64,000 nucleotides of DNA from an uncultured delta proteobacterium (GTDB taxonomy: Bacteria > Desulfobacterota > Binatia > Binatales > Binataceae): positions 320,001 to 384,000 of the forward strand of contig CAVRVY010000001.1 of NCBI GenBank assembly GCA_963724765.1. Reading direction: 5' to 3'. Positions within the stretch are counted from its first letter, which is position 1; each line of letters opens with the position of its first letter. A program made the translations under genes and the position numbers. The notes under the pieces were generated by a model that was given only the letters and a program-made list of their open reading frames with translations, was not told the DNA's origin and searched no databases. Of the stretch, positions 30,077 through 39,921 are shown piece after piece.

Positions 30077-31087
30077 ATGAAGCGGGTTTTACGGCATGTG
30101 CTGAACGAATCGCCCAACGAGGGTGCGCAGTCGGCGAACGATTTAGGGAGTGATAGCGGGCTGCTGGACGCCTACTCGGAGGCGGTCGCGAATGCAGCCC
30201 AACGGGTAAGCCCGGCGGTGGTAAATATCGAGGTCTTCCGGCAAAAAGGCGAGAACGAACTGCCGGCTGGCACCGGCACGGGCTTCGTTTTCACCCCCGA
30301 CGGGTTTGTCCTCACCAACAGCCACGTAGTCGCGCACGCGCATCGCATCAGCGTGACCTTGCTCGATGGACGTCGCGCCGAAGGCGCGCTCGTCGGGTCG
30401 GACCCGCACAGTGATATCGCAGTCGTGAGACTCGGCGCGTCGTCGCTGGCCGCGGCGGCGCTCGGCGACTCGGGCAAGCTGCGCGTGGGGCAACTCGCGA
30501 TCGCAATCGGAAGTCCGTACGGCTTTCAGTGTACGGTCACGGCCGGAGTGGTGAGCGCACTGGGACGCTCGCTGAGGTCGCAGTCGGGCCGGTTGATCGA
30601 CGATGTGATTCAGACCGACGCCGCGCTTAATCCGGGCAATTCCGGCGGCCCGCTGGTGAACTCGCGAGGCGAGGTAATAGGCGTCAACACCGCAGTGATT
30701 TTACCGGCGCAGGGAATCTGCTTTGCGATCGGAATCAACACCGCAAAGTACGTGGCCGCGCGTCTGATCCGCGATGGCCGGATCGTGCGCGCGTACGTCG
30801 GCGTGGCCGGAATGACCGCTCCGCTGCATCGGCGGTTCGTACGCTTTTATCGTCTGGCCAGGGAGACCGGCGTAATGGTGACCTCGGTCGAGCCCGGAAG
30901 TCCGGCGGACAAGGCGGGAGTGATGCCGCGCGATATCATCATCGCTTACGGTGCGAGCCCGGTCGGCGCGGTGGACGATCTGCACCGCTTTTTGTCCGAA
31001 GAGCAGATTGGCACGAGAGCCGAACTGACGGTGATACGGGGAACGGAACGGTTGCGGCTGGAAATTGTGCCGTCAAAGTCGATTTAG
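30077..31087 (+). CDS. HtrA/DegP-family serine protease with one PDZ domain and no signal peptide
   Basis: TNSHV, DIAV and QTDAALNPGNSGGPL. Confidence 0.92.
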   Translation: MKRVLRHVLNESPNEGAQSANDLGSDSGLLDAYSEAVANAAQRVSPAVVNIEVFRQKGENELPAGTGTGFVFTPDGFVLTNSHVVAHAHRISVTLLDGRRAEGALVGSDPHSDIAVVRLGASSLAAAALGDSGKLRVGQLAIAIGSPYGFQCTVTAGVVSALGRSLRSQSGRLIDDVIQTDAALNPGNSGGPLVNSRGEVIGVNTAVILPAQGICFAIGINTAKYVAARLIRDGRIVRAYVGVAGMTAPLHRRFVRFYRLARETGVMVTSVEPGSPADKAGVMPRDIIIAYGASPVGAVDDLHRFLSEEQIGTRAELTVIRGTERLRLEIVPSKSI

Positions 31088-31247
31088 TTTTGCGCCAATC
31101 CGATTCGACCTTGACGGATTCTTTCGATCTGCGCGACGCTGCAACCGGTACGGTGCGCCGCCGCAGCCGGTACAGATTGAGTATTCCTCGATCGAAGGGG
31201 AAAGCCACGCGGCTCCAGGACAAAGTTGCTATCGCGGCCGGATACTC

Positions 31248-31376
31248 TCATTCCGTGAGAACCGATTCGATGCGCCGGTCGGGGACCAGCCACATCAGCG
31301 CAACCACAACGTACAGCGTCATCGCGATCCTCGGACGGAGGAAGGCCAACGGAATCGGGACCGCGTAAAGCAACAA
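31248..31376 (-). pseudogene. 3' fragment of a TMEM175/DUF1211-family membrane protein
   Basis: Hand translation gives LLLYAVPIPLAFLRPRIAMTLYVVVALMWLVPDRRIESVLTE*, with an in-frame stop shortly upstream. WLVPDRRIE is the family's recalled C-terminal motif. Confidence 0.65.
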
Positions 31377-31457
31377 GTGCGGCGAAGCTGGCGATGTCTA
31401 TTTGATGACTGATTCTAACCCGTTTACATTCGAAATTCTTGAGTTATTGTTGTCGAC

Positions 31458-32006
31458 ATGAATCAAAAGACAGAAATTGCGGTCTTTGGCGGCGGATGCT
31501 TCTGGTGCACGGAAGCGGTGTTTGAACGGCTCAAGGGCGTAGTCTCTGTGATGCCCGGGTATGCGGGCGGCAGCGTCGCAAATCCGACCTACGCACAGGT
31601 TTGCACCGGCGAAACCGGGCATGCCGAAGTTACCCGAGTCAAATATGATCCTGCCGAGATCTCCTACAATGACCTGCTGGTCGTGTTTTTCGCGACCCAC
31701 GATTCAACCTCGTTGAATCGGCAAGGAGCGGACGTCGGGACCGAGTACCGTTCGGTCGTCTTCTATACAACAGACGATCAAAGACGGGATGCGCAAGCAT
31801 TGATCAATCAGCTAAACAGTTCCGACCCGGCAGGCAAGCCGATTGTGACCGAAGTACTTCCGCTGAACGCGTTTTACGAGGCTGAAGACTATCATCAGGA
31901 ATACTATCGCAACAATTCGCTCGCGCCTTACTGCCAGATTGTCATCGATCCAAAGCTGCGCAAGCTGCATAAGCAATTCAGCGCGTTACTTAAATCGTCG
32001 ATATGA
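31458..32006 (+). CDS. msrA: Peptide-methionine (S)-S-oxide reductase
   Basis: GGGCFWC, TGHAEV, NRQGAD and AEDYHQ. Confidence 0.96.
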   Translation: MNQKTEIAVFGGGCFWCTEAVFERLKGVVSVMPGYAGGSVANPTYAQVCTGETGHAEVTRVKYDPAEISYNDLLVVFFATHDSTSLNRQGADVGTEYRSVVFYTTDDQRRDAQALINQLNSSDPAGKPIVTEVLPLNAFYEAEDYHQEYYRNNSLAPYCQIVIDPKLRKLHKQFSALLKSSI

Positions 32007-32366
32007 ATGCGTGAAACGAAGCAGCCAAGGCCGCGGCCACGCGTTTCTCAACCGACTGCTCATCCCGGCGAAGGCCAATTTCCACTGCGATAAGGAACAG
32101 GACAAAGGCGGCCGCCTGTGAACCACCATCCCGCTCGGGCGTGAAGGTTGCCGAACAGAAGAAAGCAGGATGGACCTCAAGCGGTGACAGCCTATCTCTG
32201 AACTGACGCTCGAAACGCTGTCGAGACGTTGCATTTGACTGGAGCGGTGTGCCGGGCGAAATATGTTAGTACATGTTGGCAAAGACTTCTGGGTGTCCGG
32301 GCTCTAGCTGGTTAGCGCGATTTGTCGCAGTCACGGCAGCGCTGTCGAAACGAGGTGTCGCGTCCG

Positions 32367-33434
32367 ATGGACGAAAACTCCGGCGTCGCCGACGAACTTA
32401 GAAGTGTGGCTGAGGCAATTGCCCAGTCGGCAGTCGCCCGGGATTACGACCGGCGGCCCGCACTGCTCGCCAAATATGGAGAGCGGGGCAGAGCGATGTT
32501 TCTCCAGGACGCCCGGTTTCACCAGTCCTATCTAGCCGACGCGATCAGCTTCGGCCGCCCGTCCATATTCAAGGATTATCTCGGATGGGTGAGCGCAGTG
32601 CTTTCGGCGCGTGGCGTAGCGTCTGAAGATCTGATCGAAAACCTGAAGTGCGTGCGCGAGGCGCTCGTTGAGACGCTTTCGCATGAGAGCCTGGCCGTGG
32701 TGCTCGAAGTTTTCGATGCGGGACTTGCCGGCGCCGGCGGCGCGGCAGGCGCGAGCGCGGATCAATCGGACCAGGCGCTGCCCGCGGACGGGCTTGCGAA
32801 GCGCTACCTCGACTTTTTGCTGCGCGGCGAACGGCAGGCGGCGCTCGATCTGGTGCAGGATGCGATCCGCTCCGGAACCGGCATCAGGGAAATCTGGCTG
32901 CGCGTGTTCCAGGACGCGCAAAACGAGCTCGGCCGCCTGTGGCAGTACAACAAGATAAGCATCGCCCAGGAGCACTATTGCACCGCCGCGACCCAGATGA
33001 TCATGTCTCTTCTCTATAGTCACGTTTTCTCCGCGCCGCGCAGCGGCCGCGTCCTGGTGACGGCGTGCGCGCCCGGCGAGATCCATGAGCTCGGGATGAG
33101 GATGGTTGCCGACTTCTTCGAGATGGACGGGTGGGACACTTATCATCTCGGCGCCAACATGCAGGCCGCGGCCCTGGTCGATTTCGTCGCGCAACGCCGG
33201 CCCGATCTGCTCGGGCTCTCCGCGACGATGACCTTTCATCTCGACCCGGTGGCCGCGATCGTTCGCGCGCTGCGCGCAAACCAGGAAACCCGTGCTGTAA
33301 GAATCATGGTGGGCGGCCATGCTTTCAACCTTGAACCCGAACTCTGGCGCGATATCGGTGCGGACGGGTATGCGTGCGATGCCGAGAGCGCGTTGATCGC
33401 GGCCGAACGCGTGGCGGCCGCGGCGAGGGGGTGA
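32367..33434 (+). CDS. Cobalamin-binding protein: N-terminal helical globin-like domain plus CarH-type B12 domain
   Basis: W-x9-EH ([12 protein letters not shown]), GEIHELG, YHLGAN, GLSAT and MVGG. Confidence 0.85.
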   Translation: MDENSGVADELRSVAEAIAQSAVARDYDRRPALLAKYGERGRAMFLQDARFHQSYLADAISFGRPSIFKDYLGWVSAVLSARGVASEDLIENLKCVREALVETLSHESLAVVLEVFDAGLAGAGGAAGASADQSDQALPADGLAKRYLDFLLRGERQAALDLVQDAIRSGTGIREIWLRVFQDAQNELGRLWQYNKISIAQEHYCTAATQMIMSLLYSHVFSAPRSGRVLVTACAPGEIHELGMRMVADFFEMDGWDTYHLGANMQAAALVDFVAQRRPDLLGLSATMTFHLDPVAAIVRALRANQETRAVRIMVGGHAFNLEPELWRDIGADGYACDAESALIAAERVAAAARG

Positions 33435-34519
33435 GCGGGATGGAGGCTCGCCATCGCGCAGGAGTACTGCTCCGATGCACCCGGGACGGAGTAGTCATTT
33501 CAATAGTCAATGACGGCATTGGCCTCTCAGGTTCATTGAAAATTGGTAAGCCATTCTACTACTGCGCCTACGTTGACAATCAGGAACGGGCGAAGGCGCT
33601 GATCGGCGACCTGGGGAGTGCCGACGCCGTTTACGAGATGCCAATTTCCGTTGACTTGAACGGTCGCCCGAGGTTGCTGACATTTTCCGGGGCTGTCGTC
33701 GGTGACGAACTGATATTGGTGGGCTGCGCCGTCGAAGGCTCCACGAAGGATATTTACGAGGATCTGATCCGCATCAACAACGAGGAAACCAACGATTTGC
33801 GCACGGCGCTGAAGAGTCTGGAGCAGCGCAGCCGGCATGCCGCGATCGTCGCGCATGATCTCCGCAATTCCATCGCTGCCATCACCTCGAGCGTCGAGCT
33901 GTTGCTCGAAGACCGCGGCACCCTGGAACCGGACCAGCTGCAGTTCATCTCCATCATCGAGCGCACCAGCCGCTCGGCGCTCGCGTTGGTGGCCGATCTG
34001 CTGGATCTCACGCTGATCGAAACGGGACGGCTCGAGCTGAAAGTGAAATCGATCGATCTCGGCGCGCTGATCAACAAGAACGTGGAAGCCAACCGGCTGT
34101 TAGCGCGCCGCAAGAACATCCGGGTTGAAACCGAAATCGTCCCCGGGCTATCGGCGGTGAACGCCGATCCCTCGCGTGTGGAACAGGTACTTACGAATTT
34201 CATCAGCAACGCGATCAAGTATTCGGAGCCCGGCACCAACGTGACCGTGCGCGCCTCCGAGGCCGGCGGCGAGGTGCTGGTGGAAGTTTGCGACCAGGGC
34301 CAGGGAATTCCGTCAGAGGAAATAGGTAAACTGTTCCGGTTTTACCAGAAGACCAGCGTCCGGCCGACCGGCGGCGAGCAGAGCACCGGGCTTGGACTCG
34401 CGATCGCACGCCAGATCGTCGAAGCTCACGGCGGCAAGGTTGGCGTGGCGTCCGAAGTAGGGCGGGGCTCGACTTTCCATTTTACGCTCCCGATCAGTCG
34501 CGCCGCCTCCGCCGTCTGA
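33431..34519 (+). CDS. Cytoplasmic sensor histidine kinase
   Basis: GTGA overlap with the B12 gene; AHDLRN, NAIKYS, DQGQG and STGLGL; no TM segment. Confidence 0.9.
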   Translation: MSGMEARHRAGVLLRCTRDGVVISIVNDGIGLSGSLKIGKPFYYCAYVDNQERAKALIGDLGSADAVYEMPISVDLNGRPRLLTFSGAVVGDELILVGCAVEGSTKDIYEDLIRINNEETNDLRTALKSLEQRSRHAAIVAHDLRNSIAAITSSVELLLEDRGTLEPDQLQFISIIERTSRSALALVADLLDLTLIETGRLELKVKSIDLGALINKNVEANRLLARRKNIRVETEIVPGLSAVNADPSRVEQVLTNFISNAIKYSEPGTNVTVRASEAGGEVLVEVCDQGQGIPSEEIGKLFRFYQKTSVRPTGGEQSTGLGLAIARQIVEAHGGKVGVASEVGRGSTFHFTLPISRAASAV

Positions 34520-34548
34520 GGTGAATTCGGCCGTGGAGGAGAGCCCCG

Positions 34549-34713
34549 ATGATCGTTGCCGTCTCGAGGTTCAAGGTCGGCGCCCAAGCAAGCATCTCAG
34601 GTGATGGCGCGGCATCCACGCGCCCATTGCGTTTCAATTCCGCGTTGTTTGCGTATCGGGATCATCTTTTGGGACAATTCCAACATCTGCGGCATCTGAC
34701 GGGATCGGTATGA
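34549..34713 (+). pseudogene. Truncated antibiotic-biosynthesis-monooxygenase-like (IsdG/ABM) gene start
   Basis: GGAGGAG RBS, then MIVAVSRFKV, after which the frame looks non-coding (54 aa in total). The family call rests on 10 residues. Confidence 0.45.
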
Positions 34714-34732
34714 GACTCGCGGGGTGAGAGCG

Positions 34733-35734
34733 ATGGCTGAGCAATTCACGATCTGTGTGGGAACGGTGGGCGCCGGAGTGTGGTTCAGCCCCGATGGCGG
34801 CGACCATTGGCGGCGCAGCAAGATGGCGCTGCCGTTTCACGCCGAGCCCGGCGAAATCCAGATTCGCGCGCTGGCGCTTTCGCCTCACGACCCGCATCAG
34901 CTGTATGCCGGCTCCGAAGCCGGCCTCTATCGAAGCATGGATAATGGCGCGAGCTTTGAGCTGGTACTCTCGCCGATGGATGGGATGCAGATCTGGTCGG
35001 TCGCCGTTCATCCGCAGGACCCGGATGTCATCTATGCCGGCACCAAGCCGCCCGCGGTGTTCCGTACGCTCGACGGGGGCAAGCGATGGGAGCGGCTTGC
35101 GATCCCGATTGCCGAGAAGTGCCTCGCCGGTGCGCCCAAGGTCACCAACGTCGTATTCGATCCGCGCGACCCGCGCACGATTTGGATGAGCGTCGAGATC
35201 GACGGCGTATACCGCAGCCGTGACGGCGGCGACTCCTGGAGCCATTGCCCGGCGCTCGGCGACAAGCCGCTCAACCAGGACATTCATGGCCTGGCGGTGC
35301 GGCTCGGCCGCCCGGCGGAGATTCTCGCCACCACGCCCGACGGCCTGTGGCGCAGCGCCGACGAAGGCGAGCGCTGGTCGCTGCACGGCTTCCCGCGCTT
35401 CGCCGAGCGCGACACCATCTCCTATTGCCGCGGCGTGGCACTGAGACCCGGCAATCCCGACGTCATCTTCGTGGCCAACGGCGACTTCATACCGGGCAAA
35501 CGAGGCGCGATCCAACGTACCACCGACGGCGGCGCAACCTGGGAGAAGTGCGCGCTTGAAGTGGAGCCGAACTCCACGATGTACTGGTTCGGTGTCAACC
35601 CCGCAAATCCCGACGTCGTGGTCGCCAACAGCCTGCACGGTTACGTCTATGCCAGCCGCGACGGCGGCGCCTCGTGGGAAAAGCTGCGGCGCGAGTTCGG
35701 TGAGATTCGCGCGCTAGCCTGGCTGCCGAACTGA
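34733..35734 (+). CDS. BNR/Asp-box beta-propeller protein
   Basis: Repeated S/T-x-D-G-G-x-x-W boxes (SPDGGDHW, TLDGGKRW, SRDGGDSW, SRDGGASW). Confidence 0.85.
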   Translation: MAEQFTICVGTVGAGVWFSPDGGDHWRRSKMALPFHAEPGEIQIRALALSPHDPHQLYAGSEAGLYRSMDNGASFELVLSPMDGMQIWSVAVHPQDPDVIYAGTKPPAVFRTLDGGKRWERLAIPIAEKCLAGAPKVTNVVFDPRDPRTIWMSVEIDGVYRSRDGGDSWSHCPALGDKPLNQDIHGLAVRLGRPAEILATTPDGLWRSADEGERWSLHGFPRFAERDTISYCRGVALRPGNPDVIFVANGDFIPGKRGAIQRTTDGGATWEKCALEVEPNSTMYWFGVNPANPDVVVANSLHGYVYASRDGGASWEKLRREFGEIRALAWLPN

Positions 35735-35757
35735 AACAGGGAAAGAACGGAGATCCG

Positions 35758-36717
35758 ATGAACGAACCAAGCCATCACTTCGTCGAGACCAACGGCATTC
35801 GGATGCACTACGTGGAGGCCGGCAAGGGGCCGTTGGTCATTCTGTGCCATGGGTTTCCGGAATCGTGGTATTCGTGGCGCCATCAGATAGCGGCGCTCGC
35901 CGAGGCGGGCTTCCGCGTCGTAGCGCCCGACCAGCGCGGCTATGGTCAGACCGATCGCCCCGAGGCGGTCGGCGCATACAGCATCTTGCACATGGCCGGC
36001 GATATCGTCGGGATGGTTAACGCGCTCGGGCAGCGCTCGGCCGCGATCGTCGGGCACGACTGGGGCGCGCCCGTGGCCTGGTTCTCGGCTCAGTTGCGCC
36101 CGGATCTCTTCAGCGCCGTGGGGTTATTGAGCGTTCCGTACATCCCGCGCGGGCCGCTGCGCCCCAGTGCGATCGCCAAGGCGGTGTTCGGCGACAAAAT
36201 TTTCTACCAGGAATATTTCCAGCAGGAGGGCACGGCCGAGCGCGAGCTCGAGCGCGACGTGCGCGCGAGCCTGCTGGCGACATTCTATTCCCTCTCGGGC
36301 GACGCCGCGCCGAACGAACGATGGCGTTACGCGTTCGGCCGCGACGAGAATTTCCTCGATAGCGTCGTAGTACCTCGCAGCCTGCCGCCATGGCTCAGCG
36401 AGGCGGACCTCGAGTTCTTCACCGCCGAGTTCAAGCGCACCGGGTTTCGCGGCGGGCTCAACTGGTATCGCAATATCGATCGCACCTGGGAGCTGACCGG
36501 GTTTCTCGACGGTGCGAAGCTGGGTCAGCCGGCGCTGTTCGTCGCTGGTGACAAGGACGCGGTGGTCGAATTCTACGCCGACGCGTACCGGGCGCTCGAA
36601 ATCAACGCGCCGAACCTGGCGAAGAAGGTTCTGCTCGCCGGTGCGGGCCATTGGGTACAACAGGAGCGTCCAGCCGAGGTGAACCGGTTACTAATCGAGT
36701 TCCTGCGCTCAGTCTGA
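35758..36717 (+). CDS. Epoxide hydrolase-like alpha/beta hydrolase
   Basis: HGFPE, GHDWGA, LNWYRN and GHWVQQE. Confidence 0.9.
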   Translation: MNEPSHHFVETNGIRMHYVEAGKGPLVILCHGFPESWYSWRHQIAALAEAGFRVVAPDQRGYGQTDRPEAVGAYSILHMAGDIVGMVNALGQRSAAIVGHDWGAPVAWFSAQLRPDLFSAVGLLSVPYIPRGPLRPSAIAKAVFGDKIFYQEYFQQEGTAERELERDVRASLLATFYSLSGDAAPNERWRYAFGRDENFLDSVVVPRSLPPWLSEADLEFFTAEFKRTGFRGGLNWYRNIDRTWELTGFLDGAKLGQPALFVAGDKDAVVEFYADAYRALEINAPNLAKKVLLAGAGHWVQQERPAEVNRLLIEFLRSV

Positions 36718-38608
36718 CGCGCGCGCTCCTCAAGCCTGCCGATGTACCATTCGCTGAATGTACAGGGCGGCCGAGAAAGCTTCGCAAAACGTCGGGATGG
36801 ACCGGTTTCACCAGATGTTCATCGCAGCCCGCCTCTTTGGACAGGCGGCGATGCGCTTCATGCCCATACCCACTTAATGCGACGATCATCAGGTCCGCGC
36901 GTTTAGTCTGGCTTCGCATCCGACGAGCCACTTCAAAGCCGTCCACATCGGGCAGGCCGATATCGAGAAAGACTATGTCCGGCTCGAAGGTGCGCAGCAT
37001 CTCGAGCGCCATCGCCCCGTCTTGCGCGATGCTGACAGCGTGACCGTCGCGCGCGAGAACCATCTTCAAAGACTTGGCGATATCGTCGTTATCCTCGACC
37101 AGAAGAATACGCCGGGTCGGCCCGCTCGACTGCCTGCTCGTCTTCTTCGGCGCGTTGTCCATCGAAGGCCTTGGTATGATGGGCAACCGAACCGTGAATT
37201 CACTGCCCTTGCCGGGTCCTCCGCTCACCGCCTCGACGGTACCGCCATGCAGGTTCGCCAGATTTCGCACCAGCGTCAATCCGAGGCCGAGGCCCCTTGT
37301 GGCGGGTTTCGACGACCCATTGAGCTGCGTATAGAGATCGAAGATGCTTTCGAGTCGATCCTTCGGGATGCCAATTCCGTTGTCGTGAACCCTGATGCAA
37401 ACGTCTCCCTCCGCGCATTGGGCCGCGATCGAGATTTCACCGTCTTTGGGCGTGTACTTCGCCGCATTGTCCAGGAGGTTCGACAACAGTTGAACCAGTC
37501 GCACCGGGTCGCCGTAGATATGAACCGGTTCTTGCGGAATTCGAACGGACAGCCGGTGCTGGCGACGCTCGAACTGAGCGTGCGTAGCCTCGATAGCCTG
37601 GTCGACGATCATTCTGAGCTCGATCGGCTCCTTGTGGACTTCCAACTCACCGCGACCGATGCGGGACAGGTCCATCAGATCATCGACCATCCGCGATAGG
37701 TGGCGGGCCTGGCGTCCCACGATGTCGACAGCTTGCAAGAGATCGGCCTGCAAAAGATCAGCCTGCGGAAGATCGGTTCGAGGGAGATCGGTTCGAGGGA
37801 GATCGGTTCGAGGGAGATCGGTTCGAGGGAGATCGGTTCGAGGGAGATCGGTTCGAGGGAGATCGGTTCGAGGAAGATCGGTTCGAGGAAGATCGACATC
37901 GTACTCGCTGATCTTTCGCGCCATCTGATGTGCGCTTATGATCGCAGCCAGCGGGCTCCTCAATTCATGAGCGATCATAGCCAAAAACTCATCCTTATGC
38001 CGGCTCGACTCCGCCGCCAGTTCGCACGCTCGCCACAATTGCCAGCCCGCTGAAGCGAACTGTGCGAGTGTGCCCATGACGCGCTCGTCCTCCCGATCGA
38101 ATTTCCGCTCGAAGTTGTTGGCTACGATCCAGACTGTTCCAACCGGTTTGCCATGGTCGTGAAAGGGTATGAGAAGCACCTCCACGAAACGCGGCTCAGT
38201 CAGGAGCGCTGGAAAACAGCGATCCGGCAGATGCATCAGCTGAGCGGTGTTCTGATCGATGCAAACCCCGCAGGGACTGGCGTCACGAGGCATCGTGGAA
38301 CCTCGATAGGAGGCGAAGACCCCAGCCAGAGCCTCCCAGCGAAAGACGTCGCCCTCCAAGATGCTGATCCCGACAGTGTCGGCCTGGCAGAGATCGACCG
38401 CCGTCTCGACCAATCGCTGGAGCATGTTGCGCGGGTTCGCGACCATTTCGGCGGCGAGCATCGCCATCGCCCGATGCTCGGCCTCATAGTCGGGTGTCCG
38501 CTGAGGGCGATCGCACAGCGCGGAGCGGATGTCGACCTCTTCGAAAGTCGCTGTGGGTCTGGCCAAATCCGTCAGGCGAAGGGGGGAAGTGTCGTCGGTG
38601 GTGTTCAT
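36602..38608 (-). CDS. Hybrid sensor kinase (GAF-HisKA-HATPase-REC)
   Basis: AHELRSP, NAAKYT, DNGIG, GLGLGL, LLVEDN and FLDIGLP. The 3' tail overlaps the hydrolase gene by 116 bp. Confidence 0.9.
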   Translation of the reverse strand: MNTTDDTSPLRLTDLARPTATFEEVDIRSALCDRPQRTPDYEAEHRAMAMLAAEMVANPRNMLQRLVETAVDLCQADTVGISILEGDVFRWEALAGVFASYRGSTMPRDASPCGVCIDQNTAQLMHLPDRCFPALLTEPRFVEVLLIPFHDHGKPVGTVWIVANNFERKFDREDERVMGTLAQFASAGWQLWRACELAAESSRHKDEFLAMIAHELRSPLAAIISAHQMARKISEYDVDLPRTDLPRTDLPRTDLPRTDLPRTDLPRTDLPRTDLPRTDLPQADLLQADLLQAVDIVGRQARHLSRMVDDLMDLSRIGRGELEVHKEPIELRMIVDQAIEATHAQFERRQHRLSVRIPQEPVHIYGDPVRLVQLLSNLLDNAAKYTPKDGEISIAAQCAEGDVCIRVHDNGIGIPKDRLESIFDLYTQLNGSSKPATRGLGLGLTLVRNLANLHGGTVEAVSGGPGKGSEFTVRLPIIPRPSMDNAPKKTSRQSSGPTRRILLVEDNDDIAKSLKMVLARDGHAVSIAQDGAMALEMLRTFEPDIVFLDIGLPDVDGFEVARRMRSQTKRADLMIVALSGYGHEAHRRLSKEAGCDEHLVKPVHPDVLRSFLGRPVHSANGTSAGLRSARVRLSAGTRLVTGSPRLDAPVVPNGPHRRAEPSSPGSAR
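36701..36724 (+). repeat. Left copy of a 24-bp imperfect direct repeat (partner at 39014-39037)
   Basis: TCCTGCGCTCAGTCTGACGCGCGC versus TCCTGCGCTCGATCTGACGGGCGC, 21/24 identical. Confidence 0.7.
37730..37894 (-). repeat. In-frame 15-bp tandem repeat, 11 units
   Basis: Encodes (DLPRT)x8-DLPQA-DLLQA-DLLQA. Confidence 0.95.
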
Positions 38609-39013
38609 CGCAAGGTCCCTTGGGACATGCGTCCCAGCTTAAAGTCCATCACTTCACTCATCATTTCGTTAGGACCGACTTGATCAACACGCTGATCAGA
38701 ATCGCATGACACGCCTCACGGCGTTTCTCCGAACAATTGCAATTCGTACCTCATTTCGTGGCTAACAACTTACGACAAAGAACACGTCAGAAGAAACGAA
38801 AGACGGCTGAAGAACCGTTAAGATTGAAGAAAATGTTCTGCACGGAACGAAGTGTGTCGCAATGAATCAGACCGGAAGTCGGCTCTAATCCGTAGGCAGG
38901 TGTCTTCCATTTGCATTTCGTCCACGCCGCGTGCGATCAAGCGCACTCGGAAATCCAGCGGCGGACTAGGTCGTGGTTGTGCTCCTGCGAAGGGTTGTAT
39001 TTTTTACGTTATC

Positions 39014-39037
39014 TCCTGCGCTCGATCTGACGGGCGC
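39014..39037 (+). repeat. Right copy of the 24-bp imperfect direct repeat
   Basis: See 36701-36724. Confidence 0.7.
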
Positions 39038-39048
39038 ATAGGCCCCGT

Positions 39049-39921
39049 TTAGAGAATCTTGTCGGTCACCGAGCGCGGGTCGCGCGTGCTCCAGCGGCCG
39101 GCCTCGACCTGGTGGAAAAATTCGTCGGCCAGCGCGTTGAATAGTCCCGGCTCCTCCAGGTTGAGCGCATGTCCGGTCTTCGGCAGTATCGCGAGTCCCG
39201 CGGTCGCGATCGTCCGCTTCATCAGCACCGACGCCTCGATACATGGGTCGTCCTCGTCGCCGGTCATCACCAGCGTCGGCACTGTTATCTTCTTCATCTC
39301 GTCGACCAGGTCGAAGAGCGAAGGGCGCTGCTTCTGCACGCCGCGCAGCGTGTTGGCGGAGCCGAGCGCCGAGTGCTCGGCCATCTGCGCGGCGAACTCA
39401 TGCCATCCGCGCGGGTCCTTGTTCTGCAGTTGCACGCGCGTCGCGCCCAGCGCGTAGCGTTTTGCGCCCTCGGCCATCCCGATCCGATCGAACATCTCGG
39501 CTGCGTGCTCGGCCTCGCCCTGGAACTGCGCGCGTTTACTCTTCTCCGCGCCGTAGCCGCATCCGCCGATCACCAGCGAATGCGCACGGTCGCCGTAGCG
39601 CATCCCGAAGTGCAGCGTGGCGAACCCGCCCATCGAGATGCCGACCACATGCGCCTTTTGGATCCCCAATCCATCAAGCACGGCACGGATGTCGTCACGG
39701 GCACGCGCCTGCGAGTATTTCGCGACCTCGGCGGGAACGTCCGAGGGCGGATAGCCGCGCGCGTTGTAGGCGACGCATCGGTAGCGGCGCGAGAAGTGGC
39801 GCATCTGCGGCTCGTAGCTGCGATAGTCGCCGGCAAACTCGTGAACGAAGACGATCGGGATGCCCTGACCGGCCTCTTCGTAGTAGAGCTTCACGCCATC
39901 GTCGGTGGTCACATGCGGCAT
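39049..39921 (-). CDS. Alpha/beta hydrolase
   Basis: VHEFAG, GISMGG, GDEDD and TGHALNLEEP. Confidence 0.9.
   Translation of the reverse strand: MPHVTTDDGVKLYYEEAGQGIPIVFVHEFAGDYRSYEPQMRHFSRRYRCVAYNARGYPPSDVPAEVAKYSQARARDDIRAVLDGLGIQKAHVVGISMGGFATLHFGMRYGDRAHSLVIGGCGYGAEKSKRAQFQGEAEHAAEMFDRIGMAEGAKRYALGATRVQLQNKDPRGWHEFAAQMAEHSALGSANTLRGVQKQRPSLFDLVDEMKKITVPTLVMTGDEDDPCIEASVLMKRTIATAGLAILPKTGHALNLEEPGLFNALADEFFHQVEAGRWSTRDPRSVTDKIL

Noticed and set aside
32010-32320. Cobalamin riboswitch upstream of the B12-binding gene
   Set aside because: Only scattered fragments (CCACTG, GAAGG) are present. The ordered GGGAA / GCCACTG / AGYCAG core was not found; an Infernal scan would settle it.
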